DNA from: a virus
Reading direction: 5' to 3' (one strand)
DNA: 64,000 bases
IMG/VR virus record: IMGVR_UViG_3300044825_000904
Coordinates: 1-64,000 of that record
The notes beneath the pieces are model-generated. The model did no database searches, was not told the DNA's origin, and saw only the letters and a program-made list of their open reading frames with translations. Position 1 is the first letter of the stretch; each line of letters begins with the position of its first letter. This document shows, in pieces, positions 25,699 to 34,695 of the stretch. Both the position numbers and the translations under genes were made by a program.

Positions 25699-25900
25699 TG
25701 GTTCAGATATGCAAGAATTTCAAGGTATGCATGTTTCATCGTGTGGTAACTTTTGGGGATCTGAGCCTTTCACAAAGCAACAAGAGAAGGCTATGAGGAA
25801 GGATGCCTACAAAAAGAGAATAAGAAATATAATGAACTCACAGTTTAATTCACAGAAGGACATTGATGTCCCTCTGTCAAAACAACAAGACAATGGATAA
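25670..25900 (+). CDS. Cassette ORF 1, hypothetical
   Basis: ATG in the repeat; ends KQQDNG. Confidence 0.65.
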   Translation: MPIYTGYSDDGSDMQEFQGMHVSSCGNFWGSEPFTKQQEKAMRKDAYKKRIRNIMNSQFNSQKDIDVPLSKQQDNG

Positions 25901-26102
25901 TATAGTATACTTTCAGTCACCTGATATCAACCCAAGATACTGCGAAGCAGGAATGATTTCTGAAACAGACAAGGATTACATTTGGTATCTAGAAGAACCA
26001 TGCAAAATATTAATAACAGATGTAAAAATGATACCCAAAGAAAACGTTACTTACAACAAGAAGCGTAGGTTATATGAGCTTAAACCACAAAACAATGACT
26101 GA
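25893..26102 (+). CDS. Cassette ORF 2, hypothetical
   Basis: ATG in the repeat (MDNIVYFQSP); ends KPQNND. Confidence 0.65.
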   Translation: MDNIVYFQSPDINPRYCEAGMISETDKDYIWYLEEPCKILITDVKMIPKENVTYNKKRRLYELKPQNND

Positions 26103-26409
26103 AGATAAACTATATAGTGCTATAGAAAATGCCATTATCAAATGGGTTATTGATGGTACTAAAACAGCAGGTTCTCTAACAAGAGAGATTATGTTAATAC
26201 TTAAACAACAAGACATCTATTGGAGAACAGACAAGCCCCCAAAAGTTGGTCAATACATCATTAACATTGGTGCTAATGGTATCAGTTGGGGATGGTGGGA
26301 TGGTAACAATTGGAGAAAATTATGGCACGAGTATCAGATAGATGTATCTGGTTGGTTGCCTACACCTTTACATAAACAACAAGACAATGGGATGGAAATC
26401 AACAATTGA
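26095..26409 (+). CDS. Cassette ORF 3, apparent fusion with a DUF551-like C-terminal half
   Basis: MTEDKLYS...KQQD-IYWRTDKPP...W.WWDG..W...V.GWLP.P; internal repeat copy. Confidence 0.65.
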   Translation: MTEDKLYSAIENAIIKWVIDGTKTAGSLTREIMLILKQQDIYWRTDKPPKVGQYIINIGANGISWGWWDGNNWRKLWHEYQIDVSGWLPTPLHKQQDNGMEINN

Positions 26410-26581
26410 TATAACGAGGACGCAAGCTCTTGCTCTTGTTATAGATTACGCATTACAATGCGGTACTTTGTCTGACTCAGAACTAGAGGACTTATTAGAG
26501 ACTCTTGGCTACGGAGACAATCAGACGTTACCTTATTTTGGATATAATTTTAACATAACTAGACAACAAGACAATGAATGA
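26387..26581 (+). CDS. Cassette ORF 4, hypothetical
   Basis: MGWKSTIDITR...; ends RQQDNE. Confidence 0.65.
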   Translation: MGWKSTIDITRTQALALVIDYALQCGTLSDSELEDLLETLGYGDNQTLPYFGYNFNITRQQDNE

Positions 26582-26807
26582 TGAAATTAAAATGTACGAA
26601 GATAAACTAAAAATGGCTGACACAGGTGGATATACTATTAAAGGATTTATACCAAGCCCGTTTAGTGTATCATTTAGTTGGGAAGGAGAAACTATTACAA
26701 TAGAATTAAAAGAAGGTAAGGATGTGCTAAAACTTGCATCAGTTTTTTCTTTAATGCTTACAGAGAATGGTATTGAACACAATATTAAACAACAAGACAA
26801 TGCCTGA
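26574..26807 (+). CDS. Cassette ORF 5, hypothetical
   Basis: Ends KQQDNA. Confidence 0.65.
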   Translation: MNDEIKMYEDKLKMADTGGYTIKGFIPSPFSVSFSWEGETITIELKEGKDVLKLASVFSLMLTENGIEHNIKQQDNA

Positions 26808-27093
26808 TATAGCAAAATGTAAAGGAGATGAGTGCCAAAAGAAGCAGATGTGCTATAGGTACACAGCAAAAGCGAGTGACTACCAGTCATACTTTATGAC
26901 TCCACCAATGAAGGAGGATGGCGAATGCGATCACTTCATGGAGATATGGGATAAACCCAAGGAGTTAATGCGAATAAAAAACGGACAAGTCTACATTGAT
27001 GGAGAACTTATACCTGAAGAATTATTACTATCGGTTTACAGAGAATTTTTAAGCAGTCAATACCCATGGAACAAAGAAAACAAACAGCAGTAG
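26800..27093 (+). CDS. Cassette ORF 6, Cys-rich hypothetical
   Basis: MPDIAKC.G.EC.....CYRY...YQSYF..PP.....C. Confidence 0.7.
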   Translation: MPDIAKCKGDECQKKQMCYRYTAKASDYQSYFMTPPMKEDGECDHFMEIWDKPKELMRIKNGQVYIDGELIPEELLLSVYREFLSSQYPWNKENKQQ

Positions 27094-27308
27094 AGTGGTT
27101 AGAAGAGTTGTTGCACTTTGAATGTAAATATAGTCTTAATAATGAAGTAATAATTAATTATGATGTATTAGATAACATTATTATGAAAAGCAAACAAATG
27201 GAGGAAGATAAAATAAGAGAGGCTTATTACAGGGGTGTCCGAGATGAGATGCAAAACATAGGGAAAGACTTTGAAGATTATTATAAAGAAACTTATGGAA
27301 AAGAATAA
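27066..27308 (+). CDS. Hypothetical protein (KQTAVEWL family)
   Basis: KQTAVEWL...I.EAY...YYKETYGK. Confidence 0.7.
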   Translation: MEQRKQTAVEWLEELLHFECKYSLNNEVIINYDVLDNIIMKSKQMEEDKIREAYYRGVRDEMQNIGKDFEDYYKETYGKE

Positions 27309-27579
27309 AACAACATTAAGGTATTTTATGGAGAAGATTATCCGAATGCCTACAGATAGTATACCGAACTTTCTTAGAGTTATTGGATTGCAGTATCTTA
27401 TATCTGAAAGAAAACAAATACTTGACGCTTGGAACGATGGCTACGAAAAGGGTTTAAGAACAAGAGAAGAAAAGATTTCTAACCCTGCATTTGATGCAGA
27501 AACTTATTACGCAAATAATTATGATACAACTAAGGGATTACCAGAAGAAGATAGTAAACGACGGGCTTGGCATTATTAA
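27295..27579 (+). CDS. Hypothetical protein
   Basis: ERKQILDAW..G...AETYY; start moved to 27295. Confidence 0.6.
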   Translation: MEKNKTTLRYFMEKIIRMPTDSIPNFLRVIGLQYLISERKQILDAWNDGYEKGLRTREEKISNPAFDAETYYANNYDTTKGLPEEDSKRRAWHY

Positions 27580-28756
27580 AGAGCATGGTCTGCTGTATCT
27601 TTCTATGGAAGTAAGGACCGGTAAGACCATGACATCACTAGCTATCTGCGATGCATTAGGTGCTAAAGAAGTATTGTTCATCACTAAGTTAAAGGTGGTG
27701 CCAGGTATTAAGAAAGACCATAAAGATTTAGGTTGTAACTTTAACCTTACGTGTGTAAACTATGAGTCATTACATAAACTTGAGGGGACAAATTGGAACC
27801 TCATAATTTGTGATGAGGCACACACCATGGGTGCATTCCCTAAGCCTAGCAAAAGAGCGAAGCAAGTTAAAGATTTGGTGAAGAAGTCTAACGCAAAGGT
27901 TATATTTCTATCGGGCACACCGACACCTGAGAGTTACTCTCAGATATACCACCAGCTTTATGTGCATCCTAATAACCCATTCAAATCTTATGCTAACTTT
28001 TACCGGTGGGCTAATGACTATGTTAAAGTAAAAATAAAGTACATAGGTGCAATGAAAGTTAATGACTACTCAGGTGCGTTGAAAGATAAAATTATGGATG
28101 CCATCAAGTATCTAATGATATCATTCACCCAAGAGAAAGCAGGCTTCACTACATCAGTAGAGGAGGCAGTGCTTAGAGTTGGCATGAGCCCTTTGACTTA
28201 CAAGTTGGCTAACAAACTGAAGAAAGATTCAGTTGTGCAAGGTGATGATGACACGATACTTGCTGACACTGGGGCTAAGATGATGAACAAGTTACATCAG
28301 ATGTACTCAGGCACCATCATCCTTGAGTCAGGCAGAAGACTAGTGTTTGACTACACCAAGGCTACCTACATCAAGGATCAGTTCAAGAACAAGAAGATAG
28401 GAATCTTTTATAAGTTCAAGGCTGAGTGGGATGCATTAAAGTTTGTGTTTGGTGATGAGTTGACTGATGACCTTGAGGAGTTCAATACAACTAGCAAGAA
28501 CATTGCTCTTCAGATTGTATCAGGACGTGAAGGTATTAGCCTCCGCAACGCTGACTTCTTGGTGTACTATAACATAGATTTTAGTGCAACATCTTATTGG
28601 CAAAGCAAGGATAGGATGACCACCATCGACCGCAAGTTTAACAAGGTGTATTGGGTGTTTACGATTGGAGGAATCGAGGAAAAGATTTACGAAGTGGTTC
28701 AACAAAAAAAGGACTATACCTTAAACTTCTTCAAGAAAGATTTCTTAAATTCGTAG
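27521..28756 (+). CDS. SF2 (SNF2-like) helicase
   Basis: QLRDYQ; MEVRTGKT; DEAH; LSGTP; SGREGISL; QSKDR. Confidence 0.9.
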   Translation: MIQLRDYQKKIVNDGLGIIKEHGLLYLSMEVRTGKTMTSLAICDALGAKEVLFITKLKVVPGIKKDHKDLGCNFNLTCVNYESLHKLEGTNWNLIICDEAHTMGAFPKPSKRAKQVKDLVKKSNAKVIFLSGTPTPESYSQIYHQLYVHPNNPFKSYANFYRWANDYVKVKIKYIGAMKVNDYSGALKDKIMDAIKYLMISFTQEKAGFTTSVEEAVLRVGMSPLTYKLANKLKKDSVVQGDDDTILADTGAKMMNKLHQMYSGTIILESGRRLVFDYTKATYIKDQFKNKKIGIFYKFKAEWDALKFVFGDELTDDLEEFNTTSKNIALQIVSGREGISLRNADFLVYYNIDFSATSYWQSKDRMTTIDRKFNKVYWVFTIGGIEEKIYEVVQQKKDYTLNFFKKDFLNS

Positions 28757-28760
28757 CCCC

Positions 28761-29066
28761 ATGTCAGAACAACAAATACAATCCAAACGAATTAAGCAAC
28801 TAGAGAAAGAAGGGTACTATGTTCTTAAGTTAATCAAGACTAACAAGAACGGTATACCTGACTTACTAGCTTTGCATCCGACCAAGGGAGTTTTGTTTAG
28901 CGAGGTGAAGACACCAACAGGAAAAGTATCAGACTTACAAAAATTTAGACTAAATGAACTCAGAAAACACGGATTTAGTGTCGAGGTATTTCGAGGAGAG
29001 ACAAATGGTAGCAGTACCGCAGAGTCTCTTCAAATGGATGAGCTCGATGCGGGAGGATACTTTTGA
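28761..29066 (+). CDS. VRR-NUC nuclease
   Basis: SE..IQ; GIPDL; EVKTP.GK.S.LQ. Confidence 0.85.
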   Translation: MSEQQIQSKRIKQLEKEGYYVLKLIKTNKNGIPDLLALHPTKGVLFSEVKTPTGKVSDLQKFRLNELRKHGFSVEVFRGETNGSSTAESLQMDELDAGGYF

Positions 29067-29349
29067 TCAGATAGCTGATGCAATGGTTCACTTCTCTAAT
29101 GAATTAGACAGAGATATTGAACGTGTAATTGCGTTCAGTGTTGTCGAAGAAGAGCCTAAGTATTTTAGGTTTTACGCTTCTGAAGGCGAGATATATCTTG
29201 ACCATAAAGAAGAACCAGATAAGGTGGTTACAGTCGAATTGCTTGAGCAAATAGACATTGACCAGTTCTTGGATGAAATATCAGATGGGAACTTAATAGT
29301 TAAAGACAAAACAATAAAACGATTTATAGCATCTTATGAGTTTATTTGA
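28954..29349 (+). CDS. Hypothetical acidic protein
   Basis: ORF overlapping VRR-NUC and nrdB; start uncertain. Confidence 0.55.
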   Translation: MNSENTDLVSRYFEERQMVAVPQSLFKWMSSMREDTFDQIADAMVHFSNELDRDIERVIAFSVVEEEPKYFRFYASEGEIYLDHKEEPDKVVTVELLEQIDIDQFLDEISDGNLIVKDKTIKRFIASYEFI

Positions 29350-30328
29350 AAAACGTATTGCATACAAACCTTTTGAATACCCAGAGTATTACACAGAAGG
29401 ATGGTTGAAACAAGCCCAAGCATTCTGGTTACACACAGAGATTCCTATGTCATCCGATGTAAAAGATTGGAATGAGAATCTAACAGAGAATGAGAAGCAC
29501 GTGGTAGGCAATATCCTACTTGGATTTGCTCAGACAGAGTGTGCTGTGTCTGACTACTGGACAGGCATGGTGACTGATTGGTTCCCTAAGTATGAAATCA
29601 TTCAGATGGCTATGATGTTCGGAGCTCAGGAGACTGTTCACGCAACGGCTTACTCGTATCTTAATGATACTCTTGGTCTTGATGACTACGAGGGGTTCAT
29701 GCACGAGCCTGCTATTGCTAGTCGTGTGGAGGCGTTAACATCTGTGCCACACCATTACAACTATAAGATTCTTTGCACGAGTGCACCAGCTCGTAGAGAT
29801 GTGGCTAGATCATTAGCTATCTTCTCAGCGTTCACTGAAGGTGTAGCATTGTATAGCTCATTCGCTGTGCTCTATTCATTCCAATTGAACAATAAACTAA
29901 AAGGTGTTGGTCAACAGATGAAATGGTCAGTAAGAGATGAGGCTCTGCACTCTAAGATGGGGTGTCAATTGTTCCGTCATATGTGTGAGGAATTCCCTGA
30001 CCTAAAGACAGATGCAAAGGATGCCATCATTGAAGCGGCTAAGTTAACCTTGGATATGGAGATGAAATTCATTGACAAGATATTTGAAAGAGGTGACTTA
30101 GAAAACTTAAAGGCTTACGACCTTAAACATTTTATGCACAAACGCATCAACGATAAGTTAGTAGAGCTAGGCTATGATGCCATCTTTGCTTACGACCCAG
30201 GTGCTGCCGAGCAATTAGATTGGTTCTACCAATTAACAGCAGGCGTTGAGCACTCAGATTTTTTTGCAACCAGACCAACTGCTTATAGCAAAGCCAATGA
30301 AGGCGAGGACTGGAGTGATATGTTTTAA
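29336..30328 (+). CDS. nrdB: Ribonucleotide reductase class Ia beta subunit
   Basis: FW...EI.M..D..DW; QETVHA.AY; EGV.LYSSF; RDEALH; DFF..RPT.Y. Confidence 0.95.
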   Translation: MSLFEKRIAYKPFEYPEYYTEGWLKQAQAFWLHTEIPMSSDVKDWNENLTENEKHVVGNILLGFAQTECAVSDYWTGMVTDWFPKYEIIQMAMMFGAQETVHATAYSYLNDTLGLDDYEGFMHEPAIASRVEALTSVPHHYNYKILCTSAPARRDVARSLAIFSAFTEGVALYSSFAVLYSFQLNNKLKGVGQQMKWSVRDEALHSKMGCQLFRHMCEEFPDLKTDAKDAIIEAAKLTLDMEMKFIDKIFERGDLENLKAYDLKHFMHKRINDKLVELGYDAIFAYDPGAAEQLDWFYQLTAGVEHSDFFATRPTAYSKANEGEDWSDMF

Positions 30329-30349
30329 CTTAAACTAAATATAATAACA

Positions 30350-30658
30350 ATGGAAGAATTATCTTTTGACCAACTAATTATTAATGTACATGACTGGGCT
30401 AACGACAAAGGTTTGATTGACCCATCATTTGTAAAGTCTCAATTCGTAAAAGTAATTGAGGAGCTAGGCGAAGCGGCATCCGCTATCAGCAAGAACAAGC
30501 CTGATGAATTGATTGACGGCTTAGGTGACACGTTCGTTACTCTTATCATCTTGACAATGCAATGTGGGTTAACACCACAAGAAGCATTGAACTCCGCATG
30601 GAATGAGATTAAGCATCGCAAAGGAAAAACAACTAACGGAGTCTTCATAAAGGAATGA
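30350..30658 (+). CDS. MazG-like NTP pyrophosphohydrolase
   Basis: K.IEELGE...D.LGD..VTL; AWNEIK.RKG. Confidence 0.85.
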   Translation: MEELSFDQLIINVHDWANDKGLIDPSFVKSQFVKVIEELGEAASAISKNKPDELIDGLGDTFVTLIILTMQCGLTPQEALNSAWNEIKHRKGKTTNGVFIKE

Positions 30659-30954
30659 TAAAGCACCATCCTATCCATGAGCAAGACCTAATAGATTTAG
30701 GTTTTGAGAAAGTCTTTATCTCTAAACATGAGTCAGGACATGAGTACGATTTTTACTACTATGTATATGTAGTATCCAAGCATACTACGTTAATTACAAA
30801 TGAGGATGATGCGGCAAAACTTAGCACATGGAAGGTTTATATATTCGATGATGAGTATATGTATTTTGATGAGATAGAACCTTTAACCTCTTTTTTAACA
30901 TCATTTAGCTATGCCAAATTCCCCAATAAAGATGGAGATAGTGTTGCCCGATAA
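30655..30954 (+). CDS. Hypothetical protein
   Basis: EQDLIDLGFEK...YYY motif. Confidence 0.65.
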   Translation: MIKHHPIHEQDLIDLGFEKVFISKHESGHEYDFYYYVYVVSKHTTLITNEDDAAKLSTWKVYIFDDEYMYFDEIEPLTSFLTSFSYAKFPNKDGDSVAR

Positions 30955-31040
30955 GTCAACCGCTTCCATAGATGCAAGCAGCTCAGAGAGTGCTGTGCAA
31001 ATGATAGAATTTTTACTTGAACTAATTAAATCTTTAGAAA

Positions 31041-32804
31041 ATGATTAATCACGCAGAGAACCTAGGATGGGAACTAGATGTAGACTTCCCAGCTTGGGGT
31101 AACTCACCCGAATACGTAAAGACAATCTCAGGTGGATACCTGCTTGCAGGAGAGAAACCAATAAATGCATACGCACGTGTATCTCGTGCTGTAGCTGATA
31201 GACTTGGTAAGCCTGAGATGGCTGACAAGTTCTTTCAATACATCTGGAATGGATGGTTAAACCTAGCTACACCTGTGCTATCTAACACAGGCACTGATCG
31301 AGGCTTACCTATCTCTTGTTATGGTATTGACATAGCTGACTCAGTCTATGACATTGGTACTAAGAACTTAGAGATGATGCTACTTGCTAAACACGGAGGT
31401 GGTGTAGGAGTAGGCTTTAACCGCATCCGTCCTGCAGGATCAAAGATATCTAAGAACGGAACATCTGATGGTGTTATCCCATTCACTAAAATCTTTGACT
31501 CTACCATTCTTGCAACATCACAAGGCAATGTTCGTCGTGGTGCGGCATCTAGTAACCTTAACATTGAGCACAAAGATTTTGAGGATTGGTTGGAGATTCG
31601 TGAGCCCAAGGGTGATGTGAATCGCCAGTGCTTAAACCTACACCAATGTGCTGTGGTGGGTGATAAGTTCATGCGTAAGCTAGAAGAAGGAGACCCGGAT
31701 GCACGTCGCAAGTGGGGTAAGTTATTACAGAAGCGTAAGGCTACAGGTGAGCCATACATCATGTTCAAAGGTAATGTAAACAAGCAGAACCCTGAGGCAT
31801 ACAAGAAGAATAGCTTGAAGGTGTACATGACTAACATCTGCTCGGAGATTGTGTTACATACAGATGAGAGCCATAGCTTTGTGTGTTGCCTATCATCAGT
31901 CAACCTAGCTAAGTACGACGAGTGGAAAGACACAGACTTAATCTATGTAGCTACATGGTTTCTAGATGGTGTGCTTGAAGAGTTCATTCAGAAAGCTAAG
32001 AATATGAAAGGCTTCGAGAACGTAGTTCGATTTGCTGAGAAAGGTCGTGCTATTGGACTAGGTGTTCTAGGATGGCATACATACTTACAACAGAAAGGTA
32101 TTCCGTTCGAAGGATTGCTTGCTCAGTTTGAGACACGTAAGATATTCTCTCAAATTAAGATTGAGTCTGAGCGTGCATCACGTGACATGGCTGTAGAATA
32201 TGGCGAGCCATTATGGTGTGTTGAGACAGGCATGCGTAACACACACTTACGTGCAATAGCTCCAACCGTATCTAACTCTAAGCTAAGTGGTAACGTATCT
32301 GCTGGTGTTGAGCCTTGGGCTGCTAACGTATTCACAGACCAATCAGCTAAGGGTACATTCATTCGCAAGAACAAAGAGCTCGAGAAAGTATTGAAGAAGA
32401 TTGGTATTAACACCAAGGAGATATGGGATAAGATTCTTGCTGATGGTGGATCAATCCAAGACATTGCTGAACTAGATAACTGGTTCTATGTGAACGGAAA
32501 GTTGACTGAGAATCCTGAAGGCGATGACCATATCCCAGTTAAGGATGTATTCAAAACATTTAAGGAGATAAACCAATTAGAATTAATTAAGCAGGCAGGT
32601 ATCCGTCAGCAGTACATTGACCAATCTGTTTCATTAAACCTAGCGTTCCCATCTCAGGCTACACCTAAGTGGATTAATCAGGTACACATGGAGGCTTGGA
32701 GACAACGTATTAAGACATTGTATTATATGCGTACAGAATCTGTTTTGCGGGCTGATATTGCTACACGTGCAACGGATCCTGATTGTTTATCTTGTGATGG
32801 TTAA
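31041..32804 (+). CDS. nrdA: Ribonucleotide reductase class Ia alpha subunit (short, no ATP cone)
   Basis: ATPVLSN; PISC; GGGVG; RRGA; TNICSEI; CCLSS; AIAPT.S; DQS.S.N; KTLYY; C-terminal CLSCDG. Confidence 0.95.
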   Translation: MINHAENLGWELDVDFPAWGNSPEYVKTISGGYLLAGEKPINAYARVSRAVADRLGKPEMADKFFQYIWNGWLNLATPVLSNTGTDRGLPISCYGIDIADSVYDIGTKNLEMMLLAKHGGGVGVGFNRIRPAGSKISKNGTSDGVIPFTKIFDSTILATSQGNVRRGAASSNLNIEHKDFEDWLEIREPKGDVNRQCLNLHQCAVVGDKFMRKLEEGDPDARRKWGKLLQKRKATGEPYIMFKGNVNKQNPEAYKKNSLKVYMTNICSEIVLHTDESHSFVCCLSSVNLAKYDEWKDTDLIYVATWFLDGVLEEFIQKAKNMKGFENVVRFAEKGRAIGLGVLGWHTYLQQKGIPFEGLLAQFETRKIFSQIKIESERASRDMAVEYGEPLWCVETGMRNTHLRAIAPTVSNSKLSGNVSAGVEPWAANVFTDQSAKGTFIRKNKELEKVLKKIGINTKEIWDKILADGGSIQDIAELDNWFYVNGKLTENPEGDDHIPVKDVFKTFKEINQLELIKQAGIRQQYIDQSVSLNLAFPSQATPKWINQVHMEAWRQRIKTLYYMRTESVLRADIATRATDPDCLSCDG

Positions 32805-32944
32805 TAAGGTTTACCCATTTAAAACCACTAAGGCTTTGGTCGGTGGTGTCCTTGAAAATGGGTTCTTATAAATTTTTTATTAAAAATGTACAAGTAATTA
32901 GATATTTAACTAAATTTACAAAGGTTAAAGTGATAATTTTTTTG

Positions 32945-32983
32945 AAGGGGAGGTGTTTATCGTTTTACACTTCCCCTTTATTT
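32945..32983 (+). terminator. Intrinsic terminator-like hairpin after nrdA
   Basis: AAGGGGAGGTGT / ACACTTCCCCTT followed by a T-rich tail. Confidence 0.55.
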
Positions 32984-32987
32984 GTTT

Positions 32988-33188
32988 ATGAAAGAGCATA
33001 TTGACTATACTAACACAACAATTCGCTTCATCAATAAGATGACAGACGAGATATATGAGGCTCTTATAGACAAAGAGTACGAAGACCTTCAAGACTCTAT
33101 TTCAATTCTAATCGAAAAATTAAATCAATTACGTGATGAAACCTTACCTAGAATACGCACTAGAACTACACCAACAAGGCGATCTTAA
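32988..33188 (+). CDS. Hypothetical protein
   Basis: MKEHIDY...IN.MTDEIYEAL.D. Confidence 0.6.
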   Translation: MKEHIDYTNTTIRFINKMTDEIYEALIDKEYEDLQDSISILIEKLNQLRDETLPRIRTRTTPTRRS

Positions 33189-34266
33189 CAAAGCTGAGAT
33201 TGCTAGAAGAGTACAGGAGAATTATAATATGCACGACAGAAATGTCGATACGCTACGCAAAAGAATTTCCGAATACATTTTAAGAACAGAACATCGCAGC
33301 CTAAACGATGAGTGTGATAAAGAAGGTGCACCAATCGGTGAGGTATCGCACTACTGGCTGAAGACTGATAAGCAGTCTATTTTTGTCAAGGTTGACAAGA
33401 AAGACCCGGTACAAACATATCATGACATGCGAGCTGATATCGTGGCTGAGATGCAAAAGCACGCACCTGTATATCCCAAGTTAGATCGCAGTAACATTCA
33501 GGATGGTCACCTATTAGTTGTTGACCCAGCTGATATTCACATTGGCAAGTTAGCCTCTTCTTTTGAGACTGGCGATGACTACAATAATCAGATTGCTGTT
33601 CAGCGTGTACTTGATGGTGTACGTGGAATCGTACAAAAAGCATCTGGTTTTAACATTGACAAGATTCTTTTTGTAGGTGGTAATGACATCCTTCACATAG
33701 ACACCCCAAAACGTACGACTACAAGCGGAACTCCACAGGATACGGATGGAATGTGGTACGACAACTTTAGAGTCGCTAAGAAGTTATATATCGAGGTCAT
33801 CGAGATGTTAATTGGTATAGCTGACGTTCACTTTGTATTTAATCCATCAAACCACGACTACACTAATGGCTTCTTTTTAGCCGATGCAATCGAGTCTTGG
33901 TTCCATAATAATCCAAACATCACATTTGATTGCTCTATTGCCCACCGTAAGTACACTCAGTATGGCTCAAACCTAATTGGCACAACACACGGAGACGGGG
34001 CTAAGGTATCAGACTTACCCCTATTAATGGCTCATGAAGCAAGTAAAGAGTGGGCAGACTCAAAACACCGCTACATTTATACTCATCACGTGCACCACAA
34101 GTCTTCTAAGGATTACATGGGCGTTTGCGTCGAGTCTCTCCGATCTCCCAGTGGTACCGATAGTTGGCACCATCGTTCCGGATATCAGCATTCTCCCAAA
34201 GCTGTTGAAGGTTTCATTCACCACAAAGAGAATGGGCAGGTTGCACGACTAGTGAATATATTTTAG
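33133..34266 (+). CDS. Calcineurin-like metallophosphoesterase with N-terminal HTH-like region
   Basis: DIHIGK; GND..H.D; SNHD; HGD; HHVHH. Confidence 0.85.
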   Translation: MMKPYLEYALELHQQGDLNKAEIARRVQENYNMHDRNVDTLRKRISEYILRTEHRSLNDECDKEGAPIGEVSHYWLKTDKQSIFVKVDKKDPVQTYHDMRADIVAEMQKHAPVYPKLDRSNIQDGHLLVVDPADIHIGKLASSFETGDDYNNQIAVQRVLDGVRGIVQKASGFNIDKILFVGGNDILHIDTPKRTTTSGTPQDTDGMWYDNFRVAKKLYIEVIEMLIGIADVHFVFNPSNHDYTNGFFLADAIESWFHNNPNITFDCSIAHRKYTQYGSNLIGTTHGDGAKVSDLPLLMAHEASKEWADSKHRYIYTHHVHHKSSKDYMGVCVESLRSPSGTDSWHHRSGYQHSPKAVEGFIHHKENGQVARLVNIF

Positions 34267-34289
34267 TATTTTTGTGAAAATATAAGATT

Positions 34290-34643
34290 ATGACAGTCCA
34301 AGAATACGTTAGCTCATTATTATAGATTCAAGATATCTCACACATTGCTCACTTGCAAACATCATCATTCGCAGAACACAAGGCTTTGAATGAATTGTAT
34401 GATGGCATTACGGATCAATTTGACGCTTACGTGGAGGCTTACCAAGGTAAGTATGGTATCATTAAAGGATACAAATCTTTTAAGCTAGAAGAGGGTCTTG
34501 ATATGGTAGATTACTTGAAAGAAAAGATGACAGCATTTGAAGGATACCGTGGTACTTTAACCGATGGTTACTTACAACAAATGGTTGACAACACTCAAGA
34601 GTTATTAAGCTCTACACTTTACAAATTAAGATTTTTAAGTTAG
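34290..34643 (+). pseudogene. Ferritin/Dps-like (DUF5856-like) gene with in-frame TAG at codon 12
   Basis: ATG 34290 MTVQEYVSSLL*IQDISHIAHLQTSSFAEHKALNELY...D..VEAYQG.YG...YKLRFL; TAG at 34323-34325. Confidence 0.65.
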
Positions 34644-34666
34644 AATTGCGTATAAGGTGATTAATT

Positions 34667-34694
34667 AAAAAGGGGACTCATGGTCCCCATTTTT
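34667..34694. terminator. Bidirectional terminator between convergent blocks
   Basis: AAAAA-GGGGAC-TCATG-GTCCCC-ATTTTT. Confidence 0.75.
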
Positions 34695-34695
34695 A

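Larger units (their letters stand above)
25656..26802 (+). repeat. Seven dispersed copies of TAAAC(A/C)ACAA(G/A)ACAATG at gene junctions
   Basis: Copies at 25656, 25880, 26081, 26202 (ends ATC), 26373, 26560, 26786. Confidence 0.9.

Noticed and set aside
25656-26802. CRISPR array
   Set aside because: Repeats are 17 nt and non-palindromic, the spacers are 100-210-nt ORFs, and no cas genes are present.
29336-32804. Introns or inteins in nrdA/nrdB (also terL)
   Set aside because: ORFs are continuous and of ordinary length.
34290-34643. Genome-wide TAG recoding (code 15)
   Set aside because: Long genes are intact in code 11 and several conserved genes end at TAG; no canonical CUA tRNA seen.
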